Source: a virus (taxonomy: Duplodnaviria > Heunggongvirae > Uroviricota > Caudoviricetes). Taken from it: a stretch of DNA of 64,000 bases. Of this stretch, positions 27,608 to 37,062 are shown piece by piece. The stretch lies in the IMG/VR virus record IMGVR_UViG_3300044951_001136; one strand, 5' to 3'. The notes beneath the pieces were generated by a model, which worked only from the letters and a program-made list of their open reading frames with translations, made no database searches and was not told where the DNA came from. Position 1 is the first letter of the stretch. Each line of letters starts with the position of its first letter. The position numbers and the translations under genes are program-made.

Positions 27608-27821
27608 AAGGTAATGAATTTGACAAATATAGTGACATGTGGTTTAAGCGGGTAGAACAATACTACATGAAGTTCATGGTACTAAAATACGCAAAGGTGT
27701 TATCTTTATGTGTACCAAAGACAATGTTTATCAGGAATTCATCATTGAAGGTAATGAATTTGACAAGTATAGTGACGTGTGGTTCAAACGAGTAGAACAA
27801 TACTACACAAAATTCCTTTAG
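27604..27821 (+). pseudogene. two displaced copies of the exonuclease 3' end
   Basis: 27604-27675 reads VEGNEFDKYSDMWFKRVEQYYMKF; 27667-27821 in another frame reads EVHGTKIRKG...EGNEFDKYSDVWFKRVEQYYTKFL*; 58 bp identical to 26702-26759. Confidence 0.85.
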
Positions 27822-27872
27822 CGATTAAGTAATTATTATGATAAATAAGTGTAAACGTGAAGAATTACACTT

Positions 27873-30800
27873 ATGGCCATAGTACAAATCTCAAAGATAA
27901 CACAACGAGCAGGAAATCTAGTTGATCTACCTCAGCTAGATAACGGCGAATTTGGTTGGGCAACCGACACAAATCGTCTTTTCATAGGCAAAACTGGAAA
28001 TGTTTATGCAGATGAAAATATTGAAGTACTAACTTCTTATTCAAATATAAATTTCAGTCAGATTACCGGCTCAGACGGAGGAAACTTTAATATTTCTGCT
28101 GCTCAAAATGGACAAATATTAACTTATGTGTCAAGTACTGATACTTGGGAAAATTATTCAGGTAATGCTAGTCAATTTGGCGGAACTAAACTACAATTAG
28201 GAAGTGTATCAAACATTTCAATGACAGGCGGAGCCATTGGGTATGTGCTAGAAACAGACGGCTTAGGTAATTTATCCTGGACACCTAAGAATTCTTTAAG
28301 AACTACTATAATAGGATTGACTAATAATGTAACTGGTAATATTGTTACAATGACAGTTGCAAACACTACTCCATATATCAACAGCCAATCAATTACTATA
28401 TCTGGCGCAAATATTTCTAATAGTAGCGCAAGTGCAAATATCAATAGTCAAACATTTTATGTTAAAGTTGATGCAAATTTTAGTGCTAATAGTAGTGTAG
28501 TTGGTTCAGGTAATGTAGTATTGTACACTGATACTGGTTTATCAACCACAGCCAATGGTGCTGGATTATTGTCGTATACAGCGAATACAGGTACTGCAAC
28601 AGCAGTACTAGGTAGCGGTAGCGGCGGCGCCGTCGCAGGTGGTTCAAATAGATCAGTACAATTTAATGACCAAGGCACCTCAAACGGTGTTGCAGGATTT
28701 ACATTTGATAAATCTACCGCAACCTTAACAGTTTTTTCAGGTAATATTAGTACTCAAAACATAAATGCAACATCACTAATTACTGCTCCTGTATTAATTT
28801 CCAATATTGCAACCGGTACGGCACCGTTAACCGTAACAAGTACAACACCAGTAGCTAATTTATCAGTAGCAACTGCAGGCAGTGCAACAACTGCCGGTAC
28901 AGTAACAACTGCGGCACAGGGTAATATCACAAGTGTTGGAATATTAACTGGATTAACAGTTGGTAATGTAACTGCTAATGCAGTATTTGGCAATGGAACA
29001 ATTGTATTGACGAGTTTAGGCAATATTACAGGTGGTAATTTATTAAGTGCGACATACTTAACAGGTACAGTAACAACTGCGGCACAGGGTAATATCACAA
29101 GTGTTGGAATATTAACTGGTCTTGTTGTTGCGGGTAATATTACACCTAATGCAAACATAACATATAATTTGGGTAATAATACAAATAGATTTAATGATTT
29201 GTATTTGGCTAATAGTACGATCTATATAGGCGCACAAACAATTAGTGCCAATACAACCTCTGTTTCTATATCTGGACAACTTGTTGCTACTATATCAGGT
29301 AGTGCAACTACAGCAGGTACGGTAACAACTGCGGCACAACCAAATATTACAAGTACCGGTTCATTGACAACTTTAACGGTTACTGGTAGCGCATTCCTTA
29401 GTACTACTAGCGGTAACGTGGGAATAGGCACTTCATCTAGTACTGCTAAATTAAGCGTTAACGGAGGAACAAGCACATCACAAATTCGCTGGGAAGTAAA
29501 TAACGCCGGCTATGTACAAGAGGTGTCTACCAACGCAGCACAAAGTGGGTATGTGTACAAGTCCACCGATGCTTCATACCATGTGTGGAAAACGAGTAGC
29601 TCACCAGCAATGACCCTTGATGCAAGTCAGAACCTTGGTATCGGGGTTGCGCCGAGTGCTGGCCGGTCGTTGACTGTAGGGAAAAATGTTACCGGAAGCG
29701 TGACTTCAATCGGAGTTCAGAATAACGGGCAAATTCAAAGTGATGTCATCAACAACTACATCGGATATTACTCATACCCATCCACTGTTGCAGCGGCATT
29801 TACGATACCGAGCCTCTATCACTACATAGCAGGCGGCATAAGTACCATGGGTGCCGGGTCTGCGGTTACCTACCAAACAGGTTTCCTTGCGGATTCTACG
29901 CTTACTGGTGCCACTAATAACTACGGGTTCCACGGGATTATCGCCGCTGCCACTGGCAGGTACAACCTGTACATGTCGGGGACTGCGGATAATTACTTGG
30001 CTGGCAAACTAATACTTGGCATAAGTCAAGGAGTTGTACAAAACGGCGCAGATGGCTACTTGGGTATTTCAGGTGGATCAAGTGTCGGACTTGGCGGTGC
30101 GATAATTGCATTCGGTGAGGCTCACGCTACCGCCCCCAACGAAATCCATTTCCGCAATAGTACGAACACCACACGGATGACCATCCTATCCGGCGGCAAC
30201 GTGGGTATTGCCAATATTGCCCCAACTCATACATTAAGTGTTACCGGTACCGCATCTGTTTCCGGTAATATAACAGCAGGTAATGTTGCAGCAACAACAT
30301 TCACCGGTGCATTAACAGGTAATGCAACTACAGCAGGTACAGTAACAACTGCGGCACAAGGTAATATCACAAGTGTTGGTACATTGACAGGTTTAAGTGT
30401 TTCCGGTAATATAACAGCAGGTAATGTTGCAGCAACAACATTCACCGGTGCCTTAACTGGTGCTGCAACTACAGCAGGTACAGTAACAACTGCGGCACAA
30501 GGTAATATAACAAGTGTTGGTACATTGACAAGTTTAAGTGTTACTGGTAATATAACAGCAGGTAATGTTTCAGCAACAACATTCATCGGTAATGCAACTA
30601 CAGCAGGAACAGTAACAACTGCGGCACAACCAAATATTACAAGTACCGGCACATTAACAAGTTCAAGTGTTACTGGTAATGTAAATATCAATACTGGAAC
30701 ACCGGTACAATATAATACAGATGGATCAATCATATCTGGTAGGCTATTAGGTAGGTATGCTAATCGTACGGGTAATATTAATTCTTATTTTGCTGATTAT

Positions 30801-32606
30801 AACGGAACCAATTCTATAACATCTACTGATGCATTAAGGGCGGGCCAATTGGGTCGACAACTTGATTCTGGTATAGGAAATAGTAATATATCAATGGCGC
30901 TTGGTACTAATTATGGCAGTAAAGCAGCCGGATTGGCATTTGTGTCAGGAACTGCAGATGATGTTCTTGCAATAGCAATAAATGGCACACCATTGTATCT
31001 AGGTAATGTAAATGCAGTAATGTTGGGTTACCCTACAGTGGGCCCTAGAATATTAGTTCAAGACTATGCATTACTTGATAGTGCGCCCAATGTGATTACC
31101 TATATAGCAAATACTCACTCTTTCAACGGTAATGTAAATATCAATAACAATAATGGTAATGGTAATGTAAATATCAATACTGGAACACCTGTTCAATATG
31201 CTACAGATGGATCAATCTTATCTGGTAGAATGTTAGGTAGGTATGCTAATGCGGCAGGCCTTGCTGCTAATATGTTTGCTGACTATGACGGTACTAATAC
31301 GATAACTTCAATGAATGATGGCTTAAAAGTACTTTCGTTGGGTTCATCAACTTTTACTAATATAGGAAATAGTAATATATCAATGGCGCTTGGTACTAGT
31401 TACGGCAGCAAAGCAGCCGGATTGGCATTTGTGTCAGGAACTTATACAGATATTCTCAGGCTGACAACAGGTCTGGAACCATTGTATACAGGTAATGTAA
31501 ATGCAGTAATGTTAGGTTATCCTACAGCGGGGCCTAGAATATTAGTTCAAGACTATGCATTAGCTGATAGCGCAGCCAATGTGATCACCTATATAGCAAC
31601 TACTCACGATTTCAACGGTAATGTAACAGTGGACAGCCTCACGTTTTCTGATACCTACGCTACTGGCATCAGAGACCTCAAGGCTATCAACAGCGGACAG
31701 CTTGCTGGCCTACGCAATCGGATCATCAACGGGAACATGATGGTGTGGGGGCGTGGAACGTTTATAACCAACCCCGCAAACGGATCATTTTTAGCAGACC
31801 GATGGTTCCTAGTTACCACCGGAACTGTGCCTGCCGTAGCAACGCAGTCCACCAATGTCCCAAATGCACAGTCTCTGTACTCGCTACTCTACAACGGGTC
31901 TGCGGGGAACACCGTGATTTCCCTCGCACAGCGCATTGAGTCGTTAAATATGTACGACATGAGCGGACAGATTGTGACGGTATCGGCGTGGGTCTACTCC
32001 AGTGATTCGCGCACGGTCACCATGGACCTTGTGTACCCAACTGCCACTGACAACTACACCTCGTACATCAACCTCGGGTCTAACGTATCTGAGGCCGAAA
32101 CTGGGTGGAGAAAAATAACGTACCAGTACACCATACCGGCGCAGCAGTTCGGCCTGCAGCCTTCGTTGACGTTCGGCGCGGTAGGGGCCGGGATATCGGT
32201 CGGCATAGCGCAGGTACAAATTGAGATTGGTTCCGTGAACACTAAGTTTGAGCAACGGTCTTACGGGCTGGAGCTGTCGCTGTGCCAGCGGTACTTCTAC
32301 AAAACCTACGATCAATCTCTGACCCCTGGCGCGGTGGGTGGCAGTGCCGGATCTATAGGGGGGATTGCGACAGCCGGTGGGCTAGCGGTAATAACTGGTT
32401 CGTTCCCAGTGACCATGCGTACTACCCCGACGGTGGTCTACTACAACCCAGTAAGTGGGGCTGTCGGCACATGGATGGACGGTGGCGCCACTGCTAGGGC
32501 GGTGTCTATGACAGCGTCGGGGTCATCCGGCGTATTGACCCTGTGTACCGTTTGCGCAGCATCATCATCTCTTGTCGGGCAACTCACCGCTTCCGCAGAA
32601 TTTTAA
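27873..32606 (+). CDS. long mosaic tail fibre (Mtd-N-like anchor, repeat shaft, carbohydrate-binding-like tip)
   Basis: N-term GEFGWATDTNRLFIG; six TAAQ[GP]NITS repeats; tip with NRIINGNM...[16 protein letters not shown]; late promoter 27840-27847. Confidence 0.85.
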   Translation: MAIVQISKITQRAGNLVDLPQLDNGEFGWATDTNRLFIGKTGNVYADENIEVLTSYSNINFSQITGSDGGNFNISAAQNGQILTYVSSTDTWENYSGNASQFGGTKLQLGSVSNISMTGGAIGYVLETDGLGNLSWTPKNSLRTTIIGLTNNVTGNIVTMTVANTTPYINSQSITISGANISNSSASANINSQTFYVKVDANFSANSSVVGSGNVVLYTDTGLSTTANGAGLLSYTANTGTATAVLGSGSGGAVAGGSNRSVQFNDQGTSNGVAGFTFDKSTATLTVFSGNISTQNINATSLITAPVLISNIATGTAPLTVTSTTPVANLSVATAGSATTAGTVTTAAQGNITSVGILTGLTVGNVTANAVFGNGTIVLTSLGNITGGNLLSATYLTGTVTTAAQGNITSVGILTGLVVAGNITPNANITYNLGNNTNRFNDLYLANSTIYIGAQTISANTTSVSISGQLVATISGSATTAGTVTTAAQPNITSTGSLTTLTVTGSAFLSTTSGNVGIGTSSSTAKLSVNGGTSTSQIRWEVNNAGYVQEVSTNAAQSGYVYKSTDASYHVWKTSSSPAMTLDASQNLGIGVAPSAGRSLTVGKNVTGSVTSIGVQNNGQIQSDVINNYIGYYSYPSTVAAAFTIPSLYHYIAGGISTMGAGSAVTYQTGFLADSTLTGATNNYGFHGIIAAATGRYNLYMSGTADNYLAGKLILGISQGVVQNGADGYLGISGGSSVGLGGAIIAFGEAHATAPNEIHFRNSTNTTRMTILSGGNVGIANIAPTHTLSVTGTASVSGNITAGNVAATTFTGALTGNATTAGTVTTAAQGNITSVGTLTGLSVSGNITAGNVAATTFTGALTGAATTAGTVTTAAQGNITSVGTLTSLSVTGNITAGNVSATTFIGNATTAGTVTTAAQPNITSTGTLTSSSVTGNVNINTGTPVQYNTDGSIISGRLLGRYANRTGNINSYFADYNGTNSITSTDALRAGQLGRQLDSGIGNSNISMALGTNYGSKAAGLAFVSGTADDVLAIAINGTPLYLGNVNAVMLGYPTVGPRILVQDYALLDSAPNVITYIANTHSFNGNVNINNNNGNGNVNINTGTPVQYATDGSILSGRMLGRYANAAGLAANMFADYDGTNTITSMNDGLKVLSLGSSTFTNIGNSNISMALGTSYGSKAAGLAFVSGTYTDILRLTTGLEPLYTGNVNAVMLGYPTAGPRILVQDYALADSAANVITYIATTHDFNGNVTVDSLTFSDTYATGIRDLKAINSGQLAGLRNRIINGNMMVWGRGTFITNPANGSFLADRWFLVTTGTVPAVATQSTNVPNAQSLYSLLYNGSAGNTVISLAQRIESLNMYDMSGQIVTVSAWVYSSDSRTVTMDLVYPTATDNYTSYINLGSNVSEAETGWRKITYQYTIPAQQFGLQPSLTFGAVGAGISVGIAQVQIEIGSVNTKFEQRSYGLELSLCQRYFYKTYDQSLTPGAVGGSAGSIGGIATAGGLAVITGSFPVTMRTTPTVVYYNPVSGAVGTWMDGGATARAVSMTASGSSGVLTLCTVCAASSSLVGQLTASAEF

Positions 32607-32615
32607 AAGGCTATC

Positions 32616-32900
32616 ATGTACAAACTAACCAACACAACTGCCGTCATCCGGCTCTCTGACAGGGCTTACATTCCGACAGACCCCGCAAACTCCGACTACC
32701 AGCGATACCTTGCGTGGGTAGCAGAGGGAAACACACCAGAGCCCGCCGATCCACCGCCGGTTGCCACGTACCAAGAACTCCGCCGTGCAGCCTACCCCGA
32801 CGCCACGGACTACCTCGATGGGATCGTTAAGGGTGACGCGGCTCAGGTGCAGGCTTACATCGCTGCGTGCCTAGACGTTAAATTGAGGTACCCCAAGTGA
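32616..32900 (+). CDS. tail fibre assembly/chaperone-like protein
   Basis: [23 protein letters not shown] pattern, directly after the fibre tip, same GC-rich composition. Confidence 0.6.
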   Translation: MYKLTNTTAVIRLSDRAYIPTDPANSDYQRYLAWVAEGNTPEPADPPPVATYQELRRAAYPDATDYLDGIVKGDAAQVQAYIAACLDVKLRYPK

Positions 32901-32992
32901 TTGCCAACGAAATATCGTTTATCACCGTGGCGAAAGCATTATTGAAGTTGCAGTTGGCAGACTTTAACAATAAATAAGATATAGGAATAAAA

Positions 32993-33556
32993 ATGACAAC
33001 ATACGCATATACAGCAAACATTGCAACACCAGCAGCTTCGGCAAACATTGCAACCGATAAAGTAAGAATAGCCACTTCTAATGCAGCTATTCAATACACT
33101 ACTAGTTACCCTAATGTAGCACTAAGTGGAACTGTAACATGTGCTACTAATAGTAATACAGTAACCGGCTCAGGAACATTATTTTTAACAGAATTAGGAA
33201 TCGGTTATTGGATTGGCAATACTACTGGAAACACAGTTGGCATTGTTAAATCAATTGCCAATAACACTAGTTTAACACTAACAGCAAATGCTGCTGTAGC
33301 AATATCAGCTACTACAGCAAGATATAATCCTTACGGTGTGCCTTATACAGTGGCAACTGCAAATAGTGAAGTCATTCCGGCAAACACTGTAAATAATAGT
33401 ATTATTGTAGGGCAGGGTAACATTGTTTCTTTCTTAACCGTAGCAGGAGCTAACACTATATTCTCTATTACAGAATTGGGTATGCCGCATCCAAACAGCG
33501 GCACCTCTGGTGTTAATCCAGTTGGAAATAACCCATCCGGACTTCCCAACTATTGA
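32993..33556 (+). CDS. putative virion protein
   Basis: T/A/N/G-rich, late box 32969-32976, AGGA RBS. Confidence 0.7.
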   Translation: MTTYAYTANIATPAASANIATDKVRIATSNAAIQYTTSYPNVALSGTVTCATNSNTVTGSGTLFLTELGIGYWIGNTTGNTVGIVKSIANNTSLTLTANAAVAISATTARYNPYGVPYTVATANSEVIPANTVNNSIIVGQGNIVSFLTVAGANTIFSITELGMPHPNSGTSGVNPVGNNPSGLPNY

Positions 33557-33662
33557 TTTTTAGCTCCTTAAGATAAATATATTGATATAGCATAATAAGG
33601 TGCTTCGTAATGTTCTCATTAACGGCGGCTAGAACCCGCAACCCATAATAGGAGAAATCAAA

Positions 33663-34928
33663 ATGGGACGCCCTCTAAAAATCGCAAAGGCTCAAGCAGT
33701 CTTAACAATCACAAATACAGCAACAACAGGCAGTATCGTTACAATTTCAGGTGGAAATCTAACTACAACCCCTACAGTAGGTGTAGCTAACGGTATGTCA
33801 TTTGTACCTGCATCAAGCATTAGTGGTTTAGTAGCCAACACAATATATTATGTTGATACTATTTTATCAAACACTACATTCAGCGTTTCAACTACACAAT
33901 TAAGTGTTCAACCTCGTGTGATGGCTACATTAACTAATTCATCAGGAGGCACGGTTAAAGCATCTTTTAATGTCGTTGATGCATATTTCAATAACCCAGT
34001 TGGTGGAACTGGTTTTCCCGCAACAAATGCTAATACATATAGCGTAGTAGGTGGTAATACAGCTATTATCGGTAAGCAAGTACTTGCACAAGTTGCTATT
34101 GGTGTTAATGGTACAGGTACATTGTACTCTGCAACTAATACCGCTTATGTAACTGGTATTGGTACTGATTTGGCAAACACATTAAGTGTAGGTTCTGCTA
34201 TTCAAGTTGCTAGCGCAAACATCAACGGTAGTACAAATTATACTACGATAGGTTTTGCTAACACCGTTGGTGGCTTCACAGCAATTGCTGTTGCTAACAC
34301 AAACAACACCGGTAACATCATTCGTACTACCGGTAATGCTCAGACATTGTTTGCTAATGGTACAGTAAGATTTACTGCTAACTTGGGTGGTCTAGTATCT
34401 GGTCAAGTTTATTTTGTTAAAGCAATTGCTAACGCAACTGCACTTACTGTTTCAGAAACATTGGCTGGAGCAGAAGTTGATTTGTCTAATGCTACGGGCA
34501 CACCTGATGCACAACAAGATGTAGTTGAACTAGTTGCAAACGCCGCAGTTGCCTCAACAGGCGCCGCATTTGTCTATGCAAATGATGAAGCAGGTTTCAT
34601 TGTTCGTCAAAAGGGTAAGCAAAAATATTTAGTTACAGGCACAGTTACTGGATTAACATCACAGTGCTTTACTGCAAATCTTGCAAATACCGCATTGACT
34701 CCTAATACAATGCGGATTCTTGCTACATATGCTAATAGTGCTACTCAAACGGTTCAAAGTTTAAGTGATCACGTTGGCGAGTTGTTTACTGCTACTTCTG
34801 GTCCAGTTGCCACCGGTAATATTGTATTTCAAAATGCTACTCCGATATTTGCTACATTCAACACCGCAGCAGCAGCCAACTCAGTTGGTGCTCAGCCTTA
34901 CGAAATAGTTTCTATTGCTAGCGCATAA
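33663..34928 (+). CDS. putative virion protein with beta-repeat domains
   Basis: 421 aa; two GL.....Y.V....N.T...VS.T repeats; AGGAG RBS; late promoter 33572-33579. Confidence 0.7.
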   Translation: MGRPLKIAKAQAVLTITNTATTGSIVTISGGNLTTTPTVGVANGMSFVPASSISGLVANTIYYVDTILSNTTFSVSTTQLSVQPRVMATLTNSSGGTVKASFNVVDAYFNNPVGGTGFPATNANTYSVVGGNTAIIGKQVLAQVAIGVNGTGTLYSATNTAYVTGIGTDLANTLSVGSAIQVASANINGSTNYTTIGFANTVGGFTAIAVANTNNTGNIIRTTGNAQTLFANGTVRFTANLGGLVSGQVYFVKAIANATALTVSETLAGAEVDLSNATGTPDAQQDVVELVANAAVASTGAAFVYANDEAGFIVRQKGKQKYLVTGTVTGLTSQCFTANLANTALTPNTMRILATYANSATQTVQSLSDHVGELFTATSGPVATGNIVFQNATPIFATFNTAAAANSVGAQPYEIVSIASA

Positions 34929-34930
34929 TC

Positions 34931-35230
34931 ATGGTGCCCTCTAAAATGCAACCGGAAACTGAAATTGCAGTACTTCAGTACCAAGTTAAGAACCTTGAGG
35001 ATAAAATTGGGGAACTTAAACTGAATCTGAGGGCATTACATGATGCAATTGAAGCTAATGCAGAAGAAACTAGAAAAATGCTGAAATCTATGCGCGAACA
35101 GGATGTCAAAGAACACAATGAATTAGCTAGTAAAATTTCTGCACTTGAAAAATGGCGATGGATGCTAATGGGGGCCGGTGTAGTAATCGGCTCTATGGGG
35201 TTACCTACAGTGGCAGCACTATTAAAATAA
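34931..35230 (+). CDS. coiled-coil protein with C-terminal membrane anchor (XhlA/holin-like)
   Basis: Heptad N-terminus; ISALEKWRWMLMGAGVVIG. Confidence 0.55.
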   Translation: MVPSKMQPETEIAVLQYQVKNLEDKIGELKLNLRALHDAIEANAEETRKMLKSMREQDVKEHNELASKISALEKWRWMLMGAGVVIGSMGLPTVAALLK

Positions 35231-35256
35231 AAAAAGAGACTTAGGTCTCTTTTTTT
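35228..35256. terminator. bidirectional terminator between convergent genes
   Basis: A-run, AAGAGAC-TTAG-GTCTCTT, T-run. Confidence 0.8.
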
Positions 35257-35657
35257 GTAAGTGACTTTAATTTAGATTGAACCACATCAAAATGTACTGT
35301 GTTAAATAATCCCGGATGCAACGGTTTAGGATATTGATTATCACCCACCCATGCATAACCACAATGTTCGTCATTTAGTTTTGGTACAAACTCATCGTCT
35401 ACTTCACAGAAAAATGTATGATAGGTGAATGCATGGTTGATAAATTTTTGAAGTGGAACTAATTTTGCATTATATGGAAAAGATCCTAGTTCCTCTTGAC
35501 ATTCTCTTGCGATCCCTTCAAATAGAGTTTCATCATCTTCTATCTTTCCGCCGGGTATTCCCCAGTTTCCCGGGTTCTTATTATCAGTACGCAACAGATA
35601 TAGGTAGCGATCTGTTTTATTGCTATAAAAGAAAACTCCCGCTGCCTGGTTGCTCAT
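35241..35657 (-). CDS. NUDIX hydrolase
   Basis: Nudix box GGKIEDDETLFEGIARECQEELG. Start moved to MSNQAAG. Confidence 0.9.
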   Translation of the reverse strand: MSNQAAGVFFYSNKTDRYLYLLRTDNKNPGNWGIPGGKIEDDETLFEGIARECQEELGSFPYNAKLVPLQKFINHAFTYHTFFCEVDDEFVPKLNDEHCGYAWVGDNQYPKPLHPGLFNTVHFDVVQSKLKSLTKKET

Positions 35658-35676
35658 ACTATGATTTTTCACAGTA

Positions 35677-37053
35677 TTAGATGACCACTGAATAATTTCC
35701 CTGATCGTACCAACCCTCAAAACTTTTCTGCCAAATATCATCTATAAAACGATATTGGACATTAGTTGTTAAGTTGGTTACATATTCTAATGTAGTTGGT
35801 GTTGCTACCGTGCTATCAAAGCTGACAACCCATTCACCAGTACCTGTGCTGTATTCAATGATATCATTAGCAAAAGCAATCACCGTGCCCCAAGAAACTG
35901 TACTATCACCCGGTGCACCAATATTTTCTACTAGTAAATATCTACGACCATTAATTGGTCCGGGTAATCCTGCATTAGGGCCTGTCATTTGAGGATTTAT
36001 AACACCATCAACTGGAGTTAATGTATTTTGCGGCAATGTATCAGGGTCAATGTTGTAGATCAATACCCTATCATCGTTTGGATTGGGTACAATAGTACCT
36101 ACAATTTCAGTAGTCATATATGGATTTTGCAGCCAAATTTGACTTATGCCCGGTTTAATAGTTCCGTATACATTCAATACACTGGACCAGTATATATCTG
36201 TATCAGGATTATCCGGTAGATTTAGATTATCATTAGAAGGATCAAATGCAATAGCCTGTGGTAATATCTGTAAGGTATTTCCTAATAACAAAATCTTATA
36301 ACCATATGGTGTTATCTTTTGTCTGGTGCCCAATAACATGTCATCATTTTGCATATCTTGTAATGCATTACCTGAAAAAATACTTGCTATAATTTTCTCA
36401 ACAACTCCCATCTTCTTGACTTTACTTGCAGTAGTGATCCATATTGGCATATAGAATTTCCAACTCAAAACATCAATGGGATTTCCAGTACCAACTGGAA
36501 TAATACGACTGCTAAATGTCAATCCATCTTGAAACACGGCACTAAGACTTGTCCAGTCTAGAAAGTTATCAGTACTTTGAATTTCTAATGCAGGATTAAA
36601 TATCGTTCCTATTTGTTCAACTAATTGTAATTTTTGATTATAGTTGGTTGTCCAAAAATCAACTGTGATTCTTAATGTATACGGAACTGGCATTAATCTT
36701 TCAACCGTAAATGCTTGTCCTTGTACAGTTTCATATTGTTGTGTTTCTTGATTATATGCTCGTTGACGAACATTAATCTTGTCTACGAACGTAGGATCCT
36801 GAGTCCATTTTTGATTGTACTCCAGACCACTTATATAATATGTAATTAACGGTGCGCTAGGCAAGTTACTTGCGCTATTATTAGCAATAATAGTTGCGGC
36901 TTGTCTACTACTATCACCATACATGATTGGTACACGCACAATAATATCATTACCTGCAGGGTCTTTACCTTTAGTAACTTCCCAGTTTGAAAATATTTTT
37001 CCAAACTGGATTAAAAATCTGCGTATCTGCGAATCATAGAAGAAGGCGGCCAT
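35677..37053 (-). CDS. tail terminator/sheath stabiliser (T4 gp15-like) with C-terminal extension
   Basis: N-term FFYDSQIRRFLIQFGKIFSN...VPIMYG typical of gp15. Confidence 0.75.
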   Translation of the reverse strand: MAAFFYDSQIRRFLIQFGKIFSNWEVTKGKDPAGNDIIVRVPIMYGDSSRQAATIIANNSASNLPSAPLITYYISGLEYNQKWTQDPTFVDKINVRQRAYNQETQQYETVQGQAFTVERLMPVPYTLRITVDFWTTNYNQKLQLVEQIGTIFNPALEIQSTDNFLDWTSLSAVFQDGLTFSSRIIPVGTGNPIDVLSWKFYMPIWITTASKVKKMGVVEKIIASIFSGNALQDMQNDDMLLGTRQKITPYGYKILLLGNTLQILPQAIAFDPSNDNLNLPDNPDTDIYWSSVLNVYGTIKPGISQIWLQNPYMTTEIVGTIVPNPNDDRVLIYNIDPDTLPQNTLTPVDGVINPQMTGPNAGLPGPINGRRYLLVENIGAPGDSTVSWGTVIAFANDIIEYSTGTGEWVVSFDSTVATPTTLEYVTNLTTNVQYRFIDDIWQKSFEGWYDQGNYSVVI

Positions 37054-37062
37054 GTAAATACC

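Noticed and set aside
28172-30733. Several antisense ORFs (V/P/T/A-rich) over fibre genes, and similar ones over 53180-60688
   Set aside because: Shadow ORFs caused by stop-poor complements of repetitive G/T/A-rich or GC-rich codons.
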